From: an uncultured Thermodesulfovibrio sp.
GTDB taxonomy: Bacteria > Nitrospirota > Thermodesulfovibrionia > Thermodesulfovibrionales > Thermodesulfovibrionaceae
DNA length: 51,369 nucleotides
Assembly (NCBI GenBank): GCA_964648755.1
Contig: CAZYLC010000003.1
Span: 7,502 to 58,870 of the forward strand
Direction of reading: 5' to 3'
The notes under the pieces were generated by a model. The model had not been told where the DNA came from and did not search any database. It worked only from the letters and a program-made list of their open reading frames with translations. The position numbers and the translations under genes were made by a program. Shown here one piece after another: positions 51,157 through 51,369 of the stretch; the stretch's first letter is position 1; each line of letters starts with the position of its first letter.

Positions 51157-51369
51157 AAGAATACTTATTATTGAGGATGAAAAAGAAATAGCTGATTTGA
51201 TTGCCTATACATTGCAGAAGGAAAATTTTCAAGTTGACATCGCACTTAATGGCAATGAAGCTTTAAACAAACTAAAAGATAACATATATGACCTACTAAT
51301 TCTTGATCTCATGCTTCCTTATGTTCAAGGGCTGGAAATATGTAAGTTCGTAAGGAGTAATCCAGCAAT
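51149..51369 (+). CDS. Response regulator, OmpR/PhoB-like, 5' fragment (runs off window)
   Basis: MAKRILIIEDEKEIADLI...LLILDLMLPYVQGLEICK. Confidence 0.85.
   Translation, partial: MAKRILIIEDEKEIADLIAYTLQKENFQVDIALNGNEALNKLKDNIYDLLILDLMLPYVQGLEICKFVRSNPA

Overview
AT-rich, densely coding bacterial chromosome segment with no mobile elements, CRISPR array or rRNA visible. Gene content and style suggest a Thermodesulfovibrio-like (Nitrospirota) anaerobe; this is inference, not a database result. In order: (1) a sigma54 flagellar regulatory cascade (FleQ-like fragment, TPR protein, FleS/FleR-like pair) and the flgBC-fliEFGHIJ-motE-fliK-flgDE cluster with two sigma54 promoters; (2) a radical SAM fusion, a split RNase G/E gene, Fe-S/Cys-rich proteins, transaldolase and DegP; (3) an unannotated 63-aa candidate selenoprotein (CxxC-U-CxxC, in-frame UGA plus SECIS-like hairpin); (4) the yicC-remA-gmk-rpoZ-coaBC-pepP-efp-accBC-thiE housekeeping run, with an EF-P carrying a non-canonical MQQR loop; (5) a Pil/Chp-type chemosensory cluster; (6) tRNA-Sec heading a probable transcript with fhs; (7) trpEGD, hemL, a TorD-like chaperone, orphan atpZ/atpI-like genes, pgi, a thermonuclease, aroKB and a partial response regulator. 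The strongest novel signal is the hidden selenoprotein, supported by tRNA-Sec in the same window.
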